A stretch of 63,910 bases of DNA, the filler included, from Myxococcota bacterium (lineage in GTDB: Bacteria > Myxococcota > Myxococcia > Myxococcales > Myxococcaceae): assembly GCA_049322255.1 (NCBI GenBank). It is 18 parts of 18 records of this genome, joined end to end, with 100 filler letters (N's around TTAATTAATTAA, not from the genome) between each part and the next. Parts side by side here need not be neighbours in the genome. Positions count along the whole stretch, not along the records: positions 1 to 4,386 come from JBMORE010000006.1; positions 4,487 to 8,766 come from JBMORE010000007.1; positions 8,867 to 13,139 come from JBMORE010000009.1; 15 more parts are not named here. The stretch is one strand, 5' to 3'. The notes under the pieces are model-generated. The model ran no database searches, was not told the origin of the DNA, and worked only from the letters and a program-made list of their open reading frames with translations. Position 1 is the stretch's first letter. Each line of letters begins with the position of its first letter. Below, piece after piece: positions 1-8,990 of this stretch. The position numbers and the translations under genes were made by a program.

Positions 1-26
1 CACGCATCACCGCTTCTGCAGGAGAG

Positions 27-1244
27 GTGAATCGGCAGCAGGACGTGACGGTGACAGCGCTGCCGCTTTCCGGCTCGCTGGACTACGACTTCGGGGATGG
101 TGGAATCGCCGTCGTCACGGTTGGAACGTTGAGCGGTGCATGGGCCGGCGCCCTCCAAACCGATGGCAAGGTCCTACTTGCCGGAACCGCGAACAATGAT
201 TTCGCCATCGCTCGCTTGGACCAGAACGGCGTGCCGGATCCGTTCTTTGGAAGTGCAGGGGCGACGACCGCATCATTTGGACCGGGAGTTTCTACGTGCC
301 GTTCTGTCGCAGTTCAGTCGGATGGACGAATCGTTATCGCCGGTCGTTTCACGCCTGGGCCTGGTGATGAAAACGTGGGCGTCGCTCGATATGAGCCTTC
401 TGGATTGTTGGATTCGTCCTTCGCGTCCGGCGGCAAGCTGTCGTTCGATTTTCGACCGAATGGTTACTCACTAGCCCAGAAGGTCGAAATGACTTCAGAC
501 GGCAAGATTCAAGTCTTTGGAAACCTTTCCATACGTGATGCCGGAGTCGCGGTGGCGCGGGTTCTTCCGAACGGTGTGCTCGATTCTTCATACGGGGTTG
601 GGGGGGCATCGGTGGTTGAGCTCCCTCCACCCAACCCGTTCGTCGACGATGGCGTGCTCCAGTCGGATGGAAAGTCGTTGCTTTGCGGTCGGGCCGCGAC
701 GGGAGGTGGCACCGCCCATTTTTCGATTTTTCGATTCAATCTGAACGGGGGCCTCGATCCTTCATTTGGTAACGCAGGACGCGTCACCCTTGTTCCTGTT
801 GGTGCAACCTCAAGTGGATGCCAGTCCGTAGCCCTTCAGAACGACGGCAAGATCGTAGCGGGAGGTAGCTACTACCCGAGCAGCGGCAACGCGGTGATGT
901 TCGTCGCGCGGTTCTACGCGGACGGGAGCGTGGACCGGACGCTTGGTGGCTCGGGCTTTGTCGAGATCCAACCCCCTGCGCCAGACACACACGGATTTTT
1001 CGGTGCCCTTGTTGTCCTTGTGGACGGTAGGATTTTGGCCGCGGCGACATTGATGCCCTCGAGAAGGGCGATGCTCACGCGGCTGATGACCACCGGTTTG
1101 GTCGACCTCACGTTCGGAACCGGCGGCCGATCTACTGCCGACGTGCTTGCTGACGGCAACGTGACGGATCTTCTGATTCAAGCGGATGGCCGCTACATCG
1201 TGATGTCCAGCACCGGCTTCCGAGCCTCTCGATTTTGGCCGTAG
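27..1244 (+). CDS. Delta-60 repeat (DUF5122-like) beta-propeller protein, probably 5'-truncated
   Basis: About 7 repeats of the type 'vavQsDGKIvvaG...vaRl..nG.LD.SFg.gG'; codon usage looks less GC3-rich than the core genes. Confidence 0.85.
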   Translation: MNRQQDVTVTALPLSGSLDYDFGDGGIAVVTVGTLSGAWAGALQTDGKVLLAGTANNDFAIARLDQNGVPDPFFGSAGATTASFGPGVSTCRSVAVQSDGRIVIAGRFTPGPGDENVGVARYEPSGLLDSSFASGGKLSFDFRPNGYSLAQKVEMTSDGKIQVFGNLSIRDAGVAVARVLPNGVLDSSYGVGGASVVELPPPNPFVDDGVLQSDGKSLLCGRAATGGGTAHFSIFRFNLNGGLDPSFGNAGRVTLVPVGATSSGCQSVALQNDGKIVAGGSYYPSSGNAVMFVARFYADGSVDRTLGGSGFVEIQPPAPDTHGFFGALVVLVDGRILAAATLMPSRRAMLTRLMTTGLVDLTFGTGGRSTADVLADGNVTDLLIQADGRYIVMSSTGFRASRFWP

Positions 1245-1412
1245 CAGATTGTCTGGCTCTGCTCCGCTCCGCCTGTGAACGGAGGTGTGCATCCCCGCAT
1301 CGGACTCTAGAGATGTTCCTTTTGAATTGAGCAGTTGCAGCTCGAAGAGGGTTGGCATCAAGGCTGCTATGACGTTGTACTTTGGCCGTCTGCGCTTGAG
1401 TCGAGGCATCCT

Positions 1413-2906
1413 ATGCTCTCCCGCTTTGTCATTCTCTCCTCGATGTTCTTGTCCGTGGTCGCCGCCGCCAACAAGGCCGGCATGACAGGGAGTTCGGGTA
1501 AGGGCCCCGAACGTTGTTCCATGTGCCATTCTCCAAGCGGAAGCCAGCCTGCTGTCACACTTTCTGGCCTTACCGCAATCACAGCAGGACAGACGGCGAG
1601 TTACTCGCTTACCGTGAGCGGTGGTCCCGGTGCTTGTGCCGGTCTGAACGTTGCTGCGAGTGCATCGGACGCGACGTTCACCGCGGGAAACGGTACCCAG
1701 GAGATTTTCGGAGAGATTACCCACGTTGCTGCGCGTCCTTACTCCTCGGGGCCGTTCACGTTCAGCATGAAAGCTCCCAACTGTGCAGGAGCGCTCACCC
1801 TGTATGCGGCGGGAATGTCCGCCAATGGTGGCGGTGGCGGGAATTGCACGACCGGCAACAACGACGGCGACAACTTCTCGCTCACCACCCTCAATGTCAC
1901 CGTCACCGGCGGCAGCACTGCGCCCTGCCTGGCGCAGGCGCCGACGGCCAGCCCGCCGGTCACCACCGCTGCCACCAGCCAACTGAGCGTGCTCGCCACC
2001 GACGACGGCGGCGAAGCCACCCTTACCTATACTTGGGCGGGAGCGGCGGGAAACCCGGGCAGCGTTTCCTTCAACCCCAATGGGACCAACGCAGCGAAGA
2101 ACACGGTGGTCACCTTCACCGCTCCTGGGCAGCACACCCTCACCGTCACCATTCTCGACGGGCAGAACCAGACCGCCACCGCCAACGTGAACGTCACCGC
2201 CACCAGCACCTTCACCTTCGTCGACGTGCAGCCGGCGAGCACCTTCGTCGAGGTGAGGAGGACCAAGCAGTTCACCGCCAACGGGCTGGACCAATTCCGC
2301 CTGCCGACTCCGCTGCCGGGGGCGATCATCTGGGAGGTCTTCAGCGGCGGCACCATCACTCAAAGCGGCCTGTTCACCGCCGGTCCCAACCCCGGTGGGC
2401 CGCACGCCATCTCCGCCCGCACCAACGGAGTGACCGGAGGCGCCTCGGTGACCCTGGTGCCGGTGGGGCAGCTGCCGGCCGACACCACTCCGCCTACGGT
2501 GACGCTCACCGCACCCGCCGCCGGGGCGGTTCTCACGGGCGTGGTGACGGTCAAAGCCACCGCCACCGATGACGACAGCGTCGCCAGCGTCAGCTTGGTG
2601 GTCGACAGCACCTCGGTGGGGAGCCCCAAGAGCGCTCCGCCTTATGAGCTCAGCTTGGACACCGCCACGCTGAGAGACGGCGCGCACACCCTGGAGGTGG
2701 TGGCGCGCGACCCGGCGAACAACGCGGGAAAGTCGGGCGCCATCACCGTCACCACACAGAACGGCAATACCGGTTCCGGAGGGGGAGGGGGAAGCAGCAC
2801 CGACGTAGGCGGCGGGTGCGCGTGCACCTCGGCGGCGGGGCTGATGAGCCCGGCGTTCCTGCTGCTCCTGTTGTCGCTGGCGCGGCGTCGCTCCCGTCAG
2901 CCTTGA
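1413..2906 (+). CDS. MYXO-CTERM-anchored surface protein: N-terminal monoheme CxxCH/Reeler-like (MXAN_6652-like) domain, PKD/Ig-like domains, Big-type Ig domain
   Basis: Signal peptide MLSRFVILSSMFLSVVAAA; CSMCH; GEITH; DTTPPTVTLTAP Ig repeat; C-terminal GGGCACTSAAG + TM + RRRSR. Start moved from the ORF-track TTG (1335) to ATG 1413. Confidence 0.8.
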   Translation: MLSRFVILSSMFLSVVAAANKAGMTGSSGKGPERCSMCHSPSGSQPAVTLSGLTAITAGQTASYSLTVSGGPGACAGLNVAASASDATFTAGNGTQEIFGEITHVAARPYSSGPFTFSMKAPNCAGALTLYAAGMSANGGGGGNCTTGNNDGDNFSLTTLNVTVTGGSTAPCLAQAPTASPPVTTAATSQLSVLATDDGGEATLTYTWAGAAGNPGSVSFNPNGTNAAKNTVVTFTAPGQHTLTVTILDGQNQTATANVNVTATSTFTFVDVQPASTFVEVRRTKQFTANGLDQFRLPTPLPGAIIWEVFSGGTITQSGLFTAGPNPGGPHAISARTNGVTGGASVTLVPVGQLPADTTPPTVTLTAPAAGAVLTGVVTVKATATDDDSVASVSLVVDSTSVGSPKSAPPYELSLDTATLRDGAHTLEVVARDPANNAGKSGAITVTTQNGNTGSGGGGGSSTDVGGGCACTSAAGLMSPAFLLLLLSLARRRSRQP

Positions 2907-2998
2907 GCGCGCCCCGACGCTTCGTCTCGAGCGTCTTGAACATCACGAGCGACTGCGCGACTGTCGGCGCTTCCTCTTTTTTCGCGGAGACTTTTCGC

Positions 2999-4386
2999 AT
3001 GGGCTGGGTACGCCTGAGCTTGGTGGCGGTGGTGCTGGCGGGCCGAGGGTGGGCGGAGCAGGACGCGGTGGTGGCGGTGGGCGACTGCCAGAGCGGGTCG
3101 GCGGCGGCGCTGGCGAGGTCTTTGCGCGCGGCACTGCGTGAGCGGCCTGGGTCGAAAGTGCAATCGGAAGAGGAGACGGCGCTGAGGCTGGGAGGGTTGT
3201 CGCGCTCTTCGCTCGCCGAGGTGGAAAGGCTTCTGGCGGGGGCGCGCTACGAGCTTTTCGACCAGGCTGCCTATGACCGCGCCGAGCGCGCCCTCACCAC
3301 CGCGCTGGAGGACTTGTGGAGGTTGCCTCCGACCGAGGAGCGCTGGCGCGACGTGCGCGAGGTGCGAACGCTCCTGGCGTCCATCTTCCTCAAGACCGAG
3401 CGCAAGCGGGAGGCAGAGCGCGAGCTGGAGGCTCTCTTGCGGGTCGAGCCCGAGTACCGGCCCGACGCCAACCTCTACCCGCCCTCGATGCGCAAGTTCG
3501 CCGAAGGGGTGGCGGGCCGGCTTCGCCGAGAGCCTTCGCACGCGCTCTCGGTCGTCACCCTGCCGCCGGGGCTGCCGGTGCTCGTGGAGGGGAAACCTTT
3601 GGGCAGCGCGCCGCAGACGGTGCGGCTTCCCGCGGGTGAGTACTGGGTGGAGGCCAGCTTCGGCGGTCGTCGTGGGCTGCCGAAGAAGGTGAGGCTGCCG
3701 ACCCGTGCCACCGTCGAGCTCGACGCTGGTTTCGAGGGAGCGGTGTACGCCGACGTCGGGCCCTGCCTGGCGACCGGTGGTTCGCGGGAGGAAAGGCTGG
3801 CGGCGGTGGTGCGGCTGGCGGCGCTGCTCGGGGTCGCGCAGGTGGTGGCGGTGCGAGTCGAGGAGCCCGCGGGCGAAGGGCGCTACGAGGTCGCCTCGAT
3901 GGTGGACGCCTCGAGCGGGCAGGAGGTACGCGAGGCGAAGGTGAAAGTGGTTCCCGGCGGTTCGCCGGCGGGTGCGATGCCACGGCTGGCGGCGTTTCTC
4001 GCCACCGGAGAGGTTCTCCCCCCGGTGGAGGCAATCAAGGGCGCGGAGAAGGTGGTGGCGAGCGCGCCCGTTCCCGCGCGGGTGGAGATACAACAGCCGG
4101 TGCCGGCAAATCGCTCAGGGCTTCGCACGGCTTCGTTCGTGGTGGCCGGAGCCGGAGTCGCCGCCCTCGCCGGCGGCGGCTACCTCTTGCTGCAAGCGGG
4201 CAGGCAAAACGAGCAGATGACCGCGCTGTGCCCCGAGAGCACTTGCCTGCCCGACTCCCTGGCGGAGTTTGACCGATTGGAGCGAGCGCGTGGCAGCTCT
4301 TCGTCGACCGGTACCGTACTCGTCGCCGCCGGGGGCGCCGCGCTGGTGACTGGCGTGGTGCTGTACATGGTGTCCGGTCGCGACGA
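2999..4386 (+). CDS. PEGA-domain secreted/membrane protein (3'-truncated)
   Basis: Signal peptide; TPR-like helices; PEGA motif LSVVTLPPGLPVLVEGKPLGSAP...LPAGEY; C-terminal hydrophobic hairpin typical of myxobacterial PEGA proteins. Confidence 0.75.
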
Positions 4387-4486
4387 NNNNNNNNNNNNNN
4401 NNNNNNNNNNNNNNNNNNNNNNNNNNNNNNTTAATTAATTAANNNNNNNNNNNNNNNNNNNNNNNNNNNNNNNNNNNNNNNNNNNN
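4387..4486. other. Artificial contig linker (first of 17)
   Basis: Ns flanking TTAATTAATTAA (stops in all six frames). Others: 8767-8866, 13140-13239, 17398-17497, 21454-21553, 25374-25473, 29266-29365, 32985-33084, 36643-36742, 40211-40310, 43773-43872, 46972-47071, 50019-50118, 53046-53145, 56058-56157, 58865-58964, 61525-61624. Confidence 0.99.
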
Positions 4487-4609
4487 GGCACATCAAGAAC
4501 AACGGCGACCCCGGCTGGAGGACCCTCAGTCGTGGATGGAGCCAGCTCCTCGGCGCCGAGGCCGTGTATCGCCTGCTCAAACCCGCTGCTACTTCCGATC
4601 AATCATGAG
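4487..4609 (+). mobile_element. IS4-family (IS50/Tn5-like) transposase 3' end and right terminus
   Basis: Frame from 4489 reads HIKNNGDPGWRTLSRGWSQLLGAEAVYRLLKPAATSDQS* (stop 4606-4608), matching the 'GGH..NGDPGW..L.RG' Tn5-type C-terminal domain; contig breaks inside it. Confidence 0.75.
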
Positions 4610-4951
4610 GGGCAGCGCGGGGAGGGGGGAGGCTGCAAACAGCCGCAACCGACGGTGTAGTCGCGTTGTGAGGCAGTGGGTTGGGCCAGGGTACTCAACC
4701 ACGCTGCCCCCGCAGGTGAACCAGACCTCGGTCGTTGCTTGTCGGTGGTTGACCCGGGCAGCGAAGAGGTATCCCCCAGGTGAGATCGGGGTCTGCCAAA
4801 CGAGACGAGTTGCCCCCACTGGCCATTGAGTCGTTTCGGCTGGCGACACTGCGGCGTCGTGTTGCAGCCGCGCTGAATGTCGAGGAACCACGCTTGCTTA
4901 GCGAAGCCTAGGGGTTGCCTGTGAAGACAACGAGGTTGTTCACGGACACGG

Positions 4952-4967
4952 TGGCACGCCCTCCGCA
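4952..4967 (+). promoter_or_regulatory. Putative sigma54 -24/-12 promoter
   Basis: TGGCACGCCCTCCGCA: GG-N10-GC spacing with perfect TGGCACG; -12 box lacks TT; about 70 nt upstream of ATG 5035. Confidence 0.45.
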
Positions 4968-5034
4968 AAGCGGTCGGTTCGCAGTCCAAACAACCCAACC
5001 GCCCGCTGAGCCGGGCAGAAAGTAGAGAACTCCG

Positions 5035-5409
5035 ATGGCAAACAAGCGCAAGACCTATTACCCGCTGAAGTCCTTCGACGACGCACTGACCGCGCTGGTC
5101 GAATTGTTCCGCAAGAACAATTGGGGCTTGGTCGATCTGGCCCGGCTGGCGACGGACGCGGTGGAGCAGCGAAAGGAACGAGCGTTCCACGTTGCCGCGC
5201 AGGCCGAATTCGCCAAGGTGCACGAAGCCTTTGGTCGAGCGCAGCACGAGCGTTTCAAGCGCTTCGCGGCGGCGCTCAATGCAGCGCGCGGTGCATTCCG
5301 GAACAATCCGGAGGTGTTGGCCCAGCTCGACGTTTTCAAGCGCGTGAGGCGCGGCTCGAGCAATGGCGTGTCGAAAGTGACCACAGAATCTGTCTCCACC
5401 GGCCGCTGA
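5035..5409 (+). CDS. Hypothetical helical protein (124 aa)
   Basis: ATG with purine-rich leader, followed by a terminator-like hairpin; no recognised domain. Confidence 0.65.
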   Translation: MANKRKTYYPLKSFDDALTALVELFRKNNWGLVDLARLATDAVEQRKERAFHVAAQAEFAKVHEAFGRAQHERFKRFAAALNAARGAFRNNPEVLAQLDVFKRVRRGSSNGVSKVTTESVSTGR

Positions 5410-5426
5410 GGACAAGACAATCGATG

Positions 5427-5454
5427 ACCCGGCTCCGATGAGGGGCCGGGTTTT
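5427..5454 (+). terminator. Intrinsic terminator-like hairpin
   Basis: ACCCGGCTCC-GATGA-GGGGCCGGGT-TTT directly after the 5035-5409 ORF. Confidence 0.6.
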
Positions 5455-5473
5455 CACTCAAAGGGGTTTGCCC

Positions 5474-6022
5474 ATGGCTCCGAATGACGCCGACACGCCG
5501 CTGAACGAGATTCGCACCGCTGTTCGCCGATTAGACGACCGTTCCGATGCCCTCAACGCACGCCTTCACACCACGAACGCGCGGCTCGAGGCGATGGGCA
5601 GCCGTGTTGAGGCAGTGGACGGCCGTGTAAAGGCGGTGGACGACCGGGTGAAGGCGATGACCGTCAAGGATGAACAACACGTCGAGGAGCTCGGGCAACG
5701 CGTGCGCCAGATTCAGACGACGTTGTACGGGCTGTCGGAGGAGTTAGCCAGCCTCGTTCGTTGGGTGAGACTGAGCTCGAATCCTGGAGGCGATGTCCCG
5801 AAGCCGCCGGCGCCGCCGCGCGAAGAAAAAATCGACCCACTGGAGGCCGGGGTGAACCTTGCGCAGATGCTGGAGAGGTTCGAGCGGCAGGTCATCGAAA
5901 GCGCGCTCGAGCGCTTCGACAACAACCGCGAACGCGTGGCCAAGGAGCTGGGCGTCGCGCGTTCAACCCTGTTCAAGCGGCTCAAGGAATGGGGCATCAC
6001 CCGGTCGTACGAAACCGAGTGA
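5474..6022 (+). CDS. Coiled-coil + Fis-type HTH (HTH_8) protein
   Basis: C-terminal 'ERFERQVIESALERFDNNRERVAKELGVARSTLFKRLKEWGI'; N-terminal heptad repeats (VEAVDGRVKAVDDRVKAM); no AAA+ or receiver domain. Confidence 0.75.
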   Translation: MAPNDADTPLNEIRTAVRRLDDRSDALNARLHTTNARLEAMGSRVEAVDGRVKAVDDRVKAMTVKDEQHVEELGQRVRQIQTTLYGLSEELASLVRWVRLSSNPGGDVPKPPAPPREEKIDPLEAGVNLAQMLERFERQVIESALERFDNNRERVAKELGVARSTLFKRLKEWGITRSYETE

Positions 6023-6182
6023 CTACTGGCGCTGGTGTCATAGGGCTGGAGATGACAGGTGCCTTCCGCCTGCGTCACCTATTGGAGATCTCCGAATTCA
6101 GGAGGGTCCACTCCCCACCAGCTGGGCTGGTAAAGGGGCATAACGCTTGCTACTTGGGCTAGGTTCGCCTTGGGTTCTCGCG

Positions 6183-7304
6183 ATGAAACGGATCTTCCTC
6201 CCCCTCGCTGCGCTTGCCCTCTGGGGCTGCCCCGAAGACAAGCTGGTGAAGACGTTGCCGCCCGACGTGCGCGTCGACACTTACGACCAGCAGGCGGCAG
6301 CTAAAATCGACGTCCTCTGGGTGGTGGACAACTCGGGCTCGATGGCGCCGCGCCAGGAGAATCTGGCCAAGAACTTCCAGTCGTTCATCGACCTCTTCTC
6401 CAAGGGAGCGATCGACTTTCGCATCGCCATCACCACCACTGACATCTTCCGCGACCAGGGCCAGTTCAAAGGCAGCCCGCGCATTCTCACCCCCACCACT
6501 CCCAACCTCCTCACCGCCTTTTCCAACAACATCAAGGTGGGCACCAGCGGCAGCCCCTACGAGGCAGGGCTGCAGGCGGCGCAGATGGCGCTGGAGCGGC
6601 AAGCGCAAGTCAACGCCCCCAAGCTGGCGGCCATCGAGCAGTGCAAGCTCGACTGCAATCAGGCGCAAAACCCGGTGATCTGCATCGAGGGTTGCCCGGG
6701 GAAAACCCCTATCGACTTTCTCCGCCCCGACGCCTACCTCTATCTGGTGTTCGTCTCCGACGAGGAAGACCGCTCCTCGCAAGACATTCGCTACTACTGG
6801 CGTTCTTTCGAGACGGCGAAGGGCGTAGGCAACGATGGCACCGTCACTACCGCTGCCATCATCGGCGATGTGCCCACCAACGGCTGCGGGGCGACTCCCG
6901 GCGTGCGCTATGTAGGCTTATCGCAGCTCACCGGCGGCGAGGTGGGCAGCATCTGCGACGCAAGCTTCGCGCAGACCCTCAAGAAGCTCGCCACCAATGC
7001 GGTGGGGCTCAAGCGCAAGTTCGCGCTGGTGAAAAAGCCCAACGTGGAGACGCTCAAGGTTTTCTTGCGCTACCCCTGCAACAGCCCGGAGGACGTCACC
7101 CAACCCTGCGCCTCGGTGGACCGTGCCGAGTGTGAAGGCGTGCCTGAAGAGGCGGTGGGGCTCGTATGCACCCCGCAACAGGGCGGCCCTGATGGCTGGT
7201 CCTATGAGGAGGAAACGAACGTCGTCTTCTTCGCCGGCGATTCGGTGCCGGGCCTGAAGGCAACGGTGGAGCTGCAGTACTACGAGGAAGGCAAGGGGCC
7301 GTGA
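6183..7304 (+). CDS. vWA-domain lipoprotein (Cys-rich, myxobacterial type)
   Basis: Lipobox LWGC; MIDAS DVLWVVDNSGSM; FLRPDAYLYLVFVSDEED. Confidence 0.85.
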   Translation: MKRIFLPLAALALWGCPEDKLVKTLPPDVRVDTYDQQAAAKIDVLWVVDNSGSMAPRQENLAKNFQSFIDLFSKGAIDFRIAITTTDIFRDQGQFKGSPRILTPTTPNLLTAFSNNIKVGTSGSPYEAGLQAAQMALERQAQVNAPKLAAIEQCKLDCNQAQNPVICIEGCPGKTPIDFLRPDAYLYLVFVSDEEDRSSQDIRYYWRSFETAKGVGNDGTVTTAAIIGDVPTNGCGATPGVRYVGLSQLTGGEVGSICDASFAQTLKKLATNAVGLKRKFALVKKPNVETLKVFLRYPCNSPEDVTQPCASVDRAECEGVPEEAVGLVCTPQQGGPDGWSYEEETNVVFFAGDSVPGLKATVELQYYEEGKGP

Positions 7305-8766
7305 GGAAGGCGCCCCTCACCCCGGCCCTCTCCCAGGGAGAGAGGGAGATTGCCTGGTGGACAGCGGTGGTGTTGTCGCTGCTTTGGGCGGGTTGTGACT
7401 GCGGCCCGGGGGATACGCGCACTGTGCGCCCGCAGCTGGTCCCCCCGGCGGAGGCGGTCGACTTCGGCGCGGTGCCGGTGCTCAACGAAAAGCTCGAGAA
7501 CGTACCGGTGCTCAACGTCGGCCGCGGCAATCTGGAGGTGACGAGCGCGTCCATCGTCGAGGGCGGTACGCCCTTTTCGGTAAAGGCAGCCCCGAGCGAG
7601 GTGGAGTCAGGCGCTACCATGCCTGTCGAGCTCTCCTTCGTGCCCCCGGCGGAGAGTGACTACACGGCCACCTTGGTGCTCGAGACCAATGACCGTGACA
7701 ACCCGCGCGTCGAAGTGAAGCTTTCCGGCAAAGGCTCCACCCGCGCCATCATGGAAGTCGACCCCACCACCCTCGATTTTGGACGGGTGGGGGAGTGCGG
7801 CGCGGCGGTGAAGACCTTCGCCATCCGCTCCAAGGGCACTGCTGACCTCATCGTGGAGGACATCGCCTTCACCGAGGGCACCTCGGCCGACTTCTCCTTC
7901 GTCGGCTCCACCCGCACCCCTGCGGTGGTGAAGGCGGTGGGGGCCAACGGGCTGCCAGGGCAGATTCAGCTCACGGTGAAGTACACCGTGGCTTTGGGCA
8001 CCACTGCGCCGGGAATGGGCGGTATTCGCGTCCGCGGGACGGATCCAGACCTTCGCGAGGTGGTGGTATCCCTCTCCGGACAGCCCAACTTGGCCCCGCT
8101 GGCGGTGATTGCTCCCTTGGGTAACGGAGCCCCCGGTTTGCAGGTCTCCTTAGACGGCAGCGGCTCCTCCGACCCGGATGCCGATCTTCCGCTCGCCTAC
8201 AAGTGGACTCTGCGGCAAAAGCCCTTGGGTTCGAGCACCACCATCGACGCACCCGACCAGGTGAGCAGCACCATGCGTCTGGATACCGCGGTGCCCGGCG
8301 AATACGAGGTGGAGCTCAACGTCACCGACGCTACCGGAGTGAAGAATTGCTCCCCCGCGCGCACGCGCATCGTGGCCGCGCCGGCGCAGAAGCTCTTGGT
8401 GGAGATGTTCTGGAACCACGCGCGCACCGACATGGACTTGCACGTCTTGCGTACGGTGGGTTCGCCGGTGAGCACTCCCCCCGATGACTGCTTCTTCGCC
8501 AACCCCGTACCCGACTGGGGCGTCAGCGGCGACACCTCGGACGACCCCCAGTTCTTGCGTGACGCGCTCACCGGCTACGGGCCGGAGATTGTCGGTTACG
8601 TCAACCCCATCGACACCACCTACCGCATCGTGGTGGAGCACGCCCACGACCACCTAGACCCCAACCCCGCCAGCGAGGTGACGGTGCGGGTGTACCAGTT
8701 CGGGGTGGTGAAGGCCGAATTCAAGAAGACCCTCACCCAGCGCGGCGAGTTCTGGGCGGTGGCCGA
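7301..8766 (+). CDS. Lipoprotein with choice-of-anchor D/ASH-like Ig domains and a PKD domain (3'-truncated)
   Basis: Lipobox WAGCDC; VDFGAVPV...NVGRGNLEV; LDFGRVG; LDGSGSSDPD PKD motif; TDMDLHV; GTGA overlap with the upstream vWA gene. Confidence 0.8.
7313..7346 (+). repeat. BoxC-like pyrimidine/purine palindromic repeat, copy inside a CDS
   Basis: CCCCTCACCCCGGCCCTCTCCCAGGGAGAGAGGG; similar copy at 32839-32872. Confidence 0.65.
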
Positions 8767-8990
8767 NNNNNNNNNNNNNNNNNNNNNNNNNNNNNNNNNN
8801 NNNNNNNNNNTTAATTAATTAANNNNNNNNNNNNNNNNNNNNNNNNNNNNNNNNNNNNNNNNNNNNTCACCGTCACGGTCACCGACTCAGACGGGACGAG
8901 CGCAAGCAATGTGGTGACGCTCGTAGGCGAGTAGGAGCGCTGCAGCAGCTCATCACGCAGCCTGTGTCTGGCCGTCTAGGATGCAGCGTG

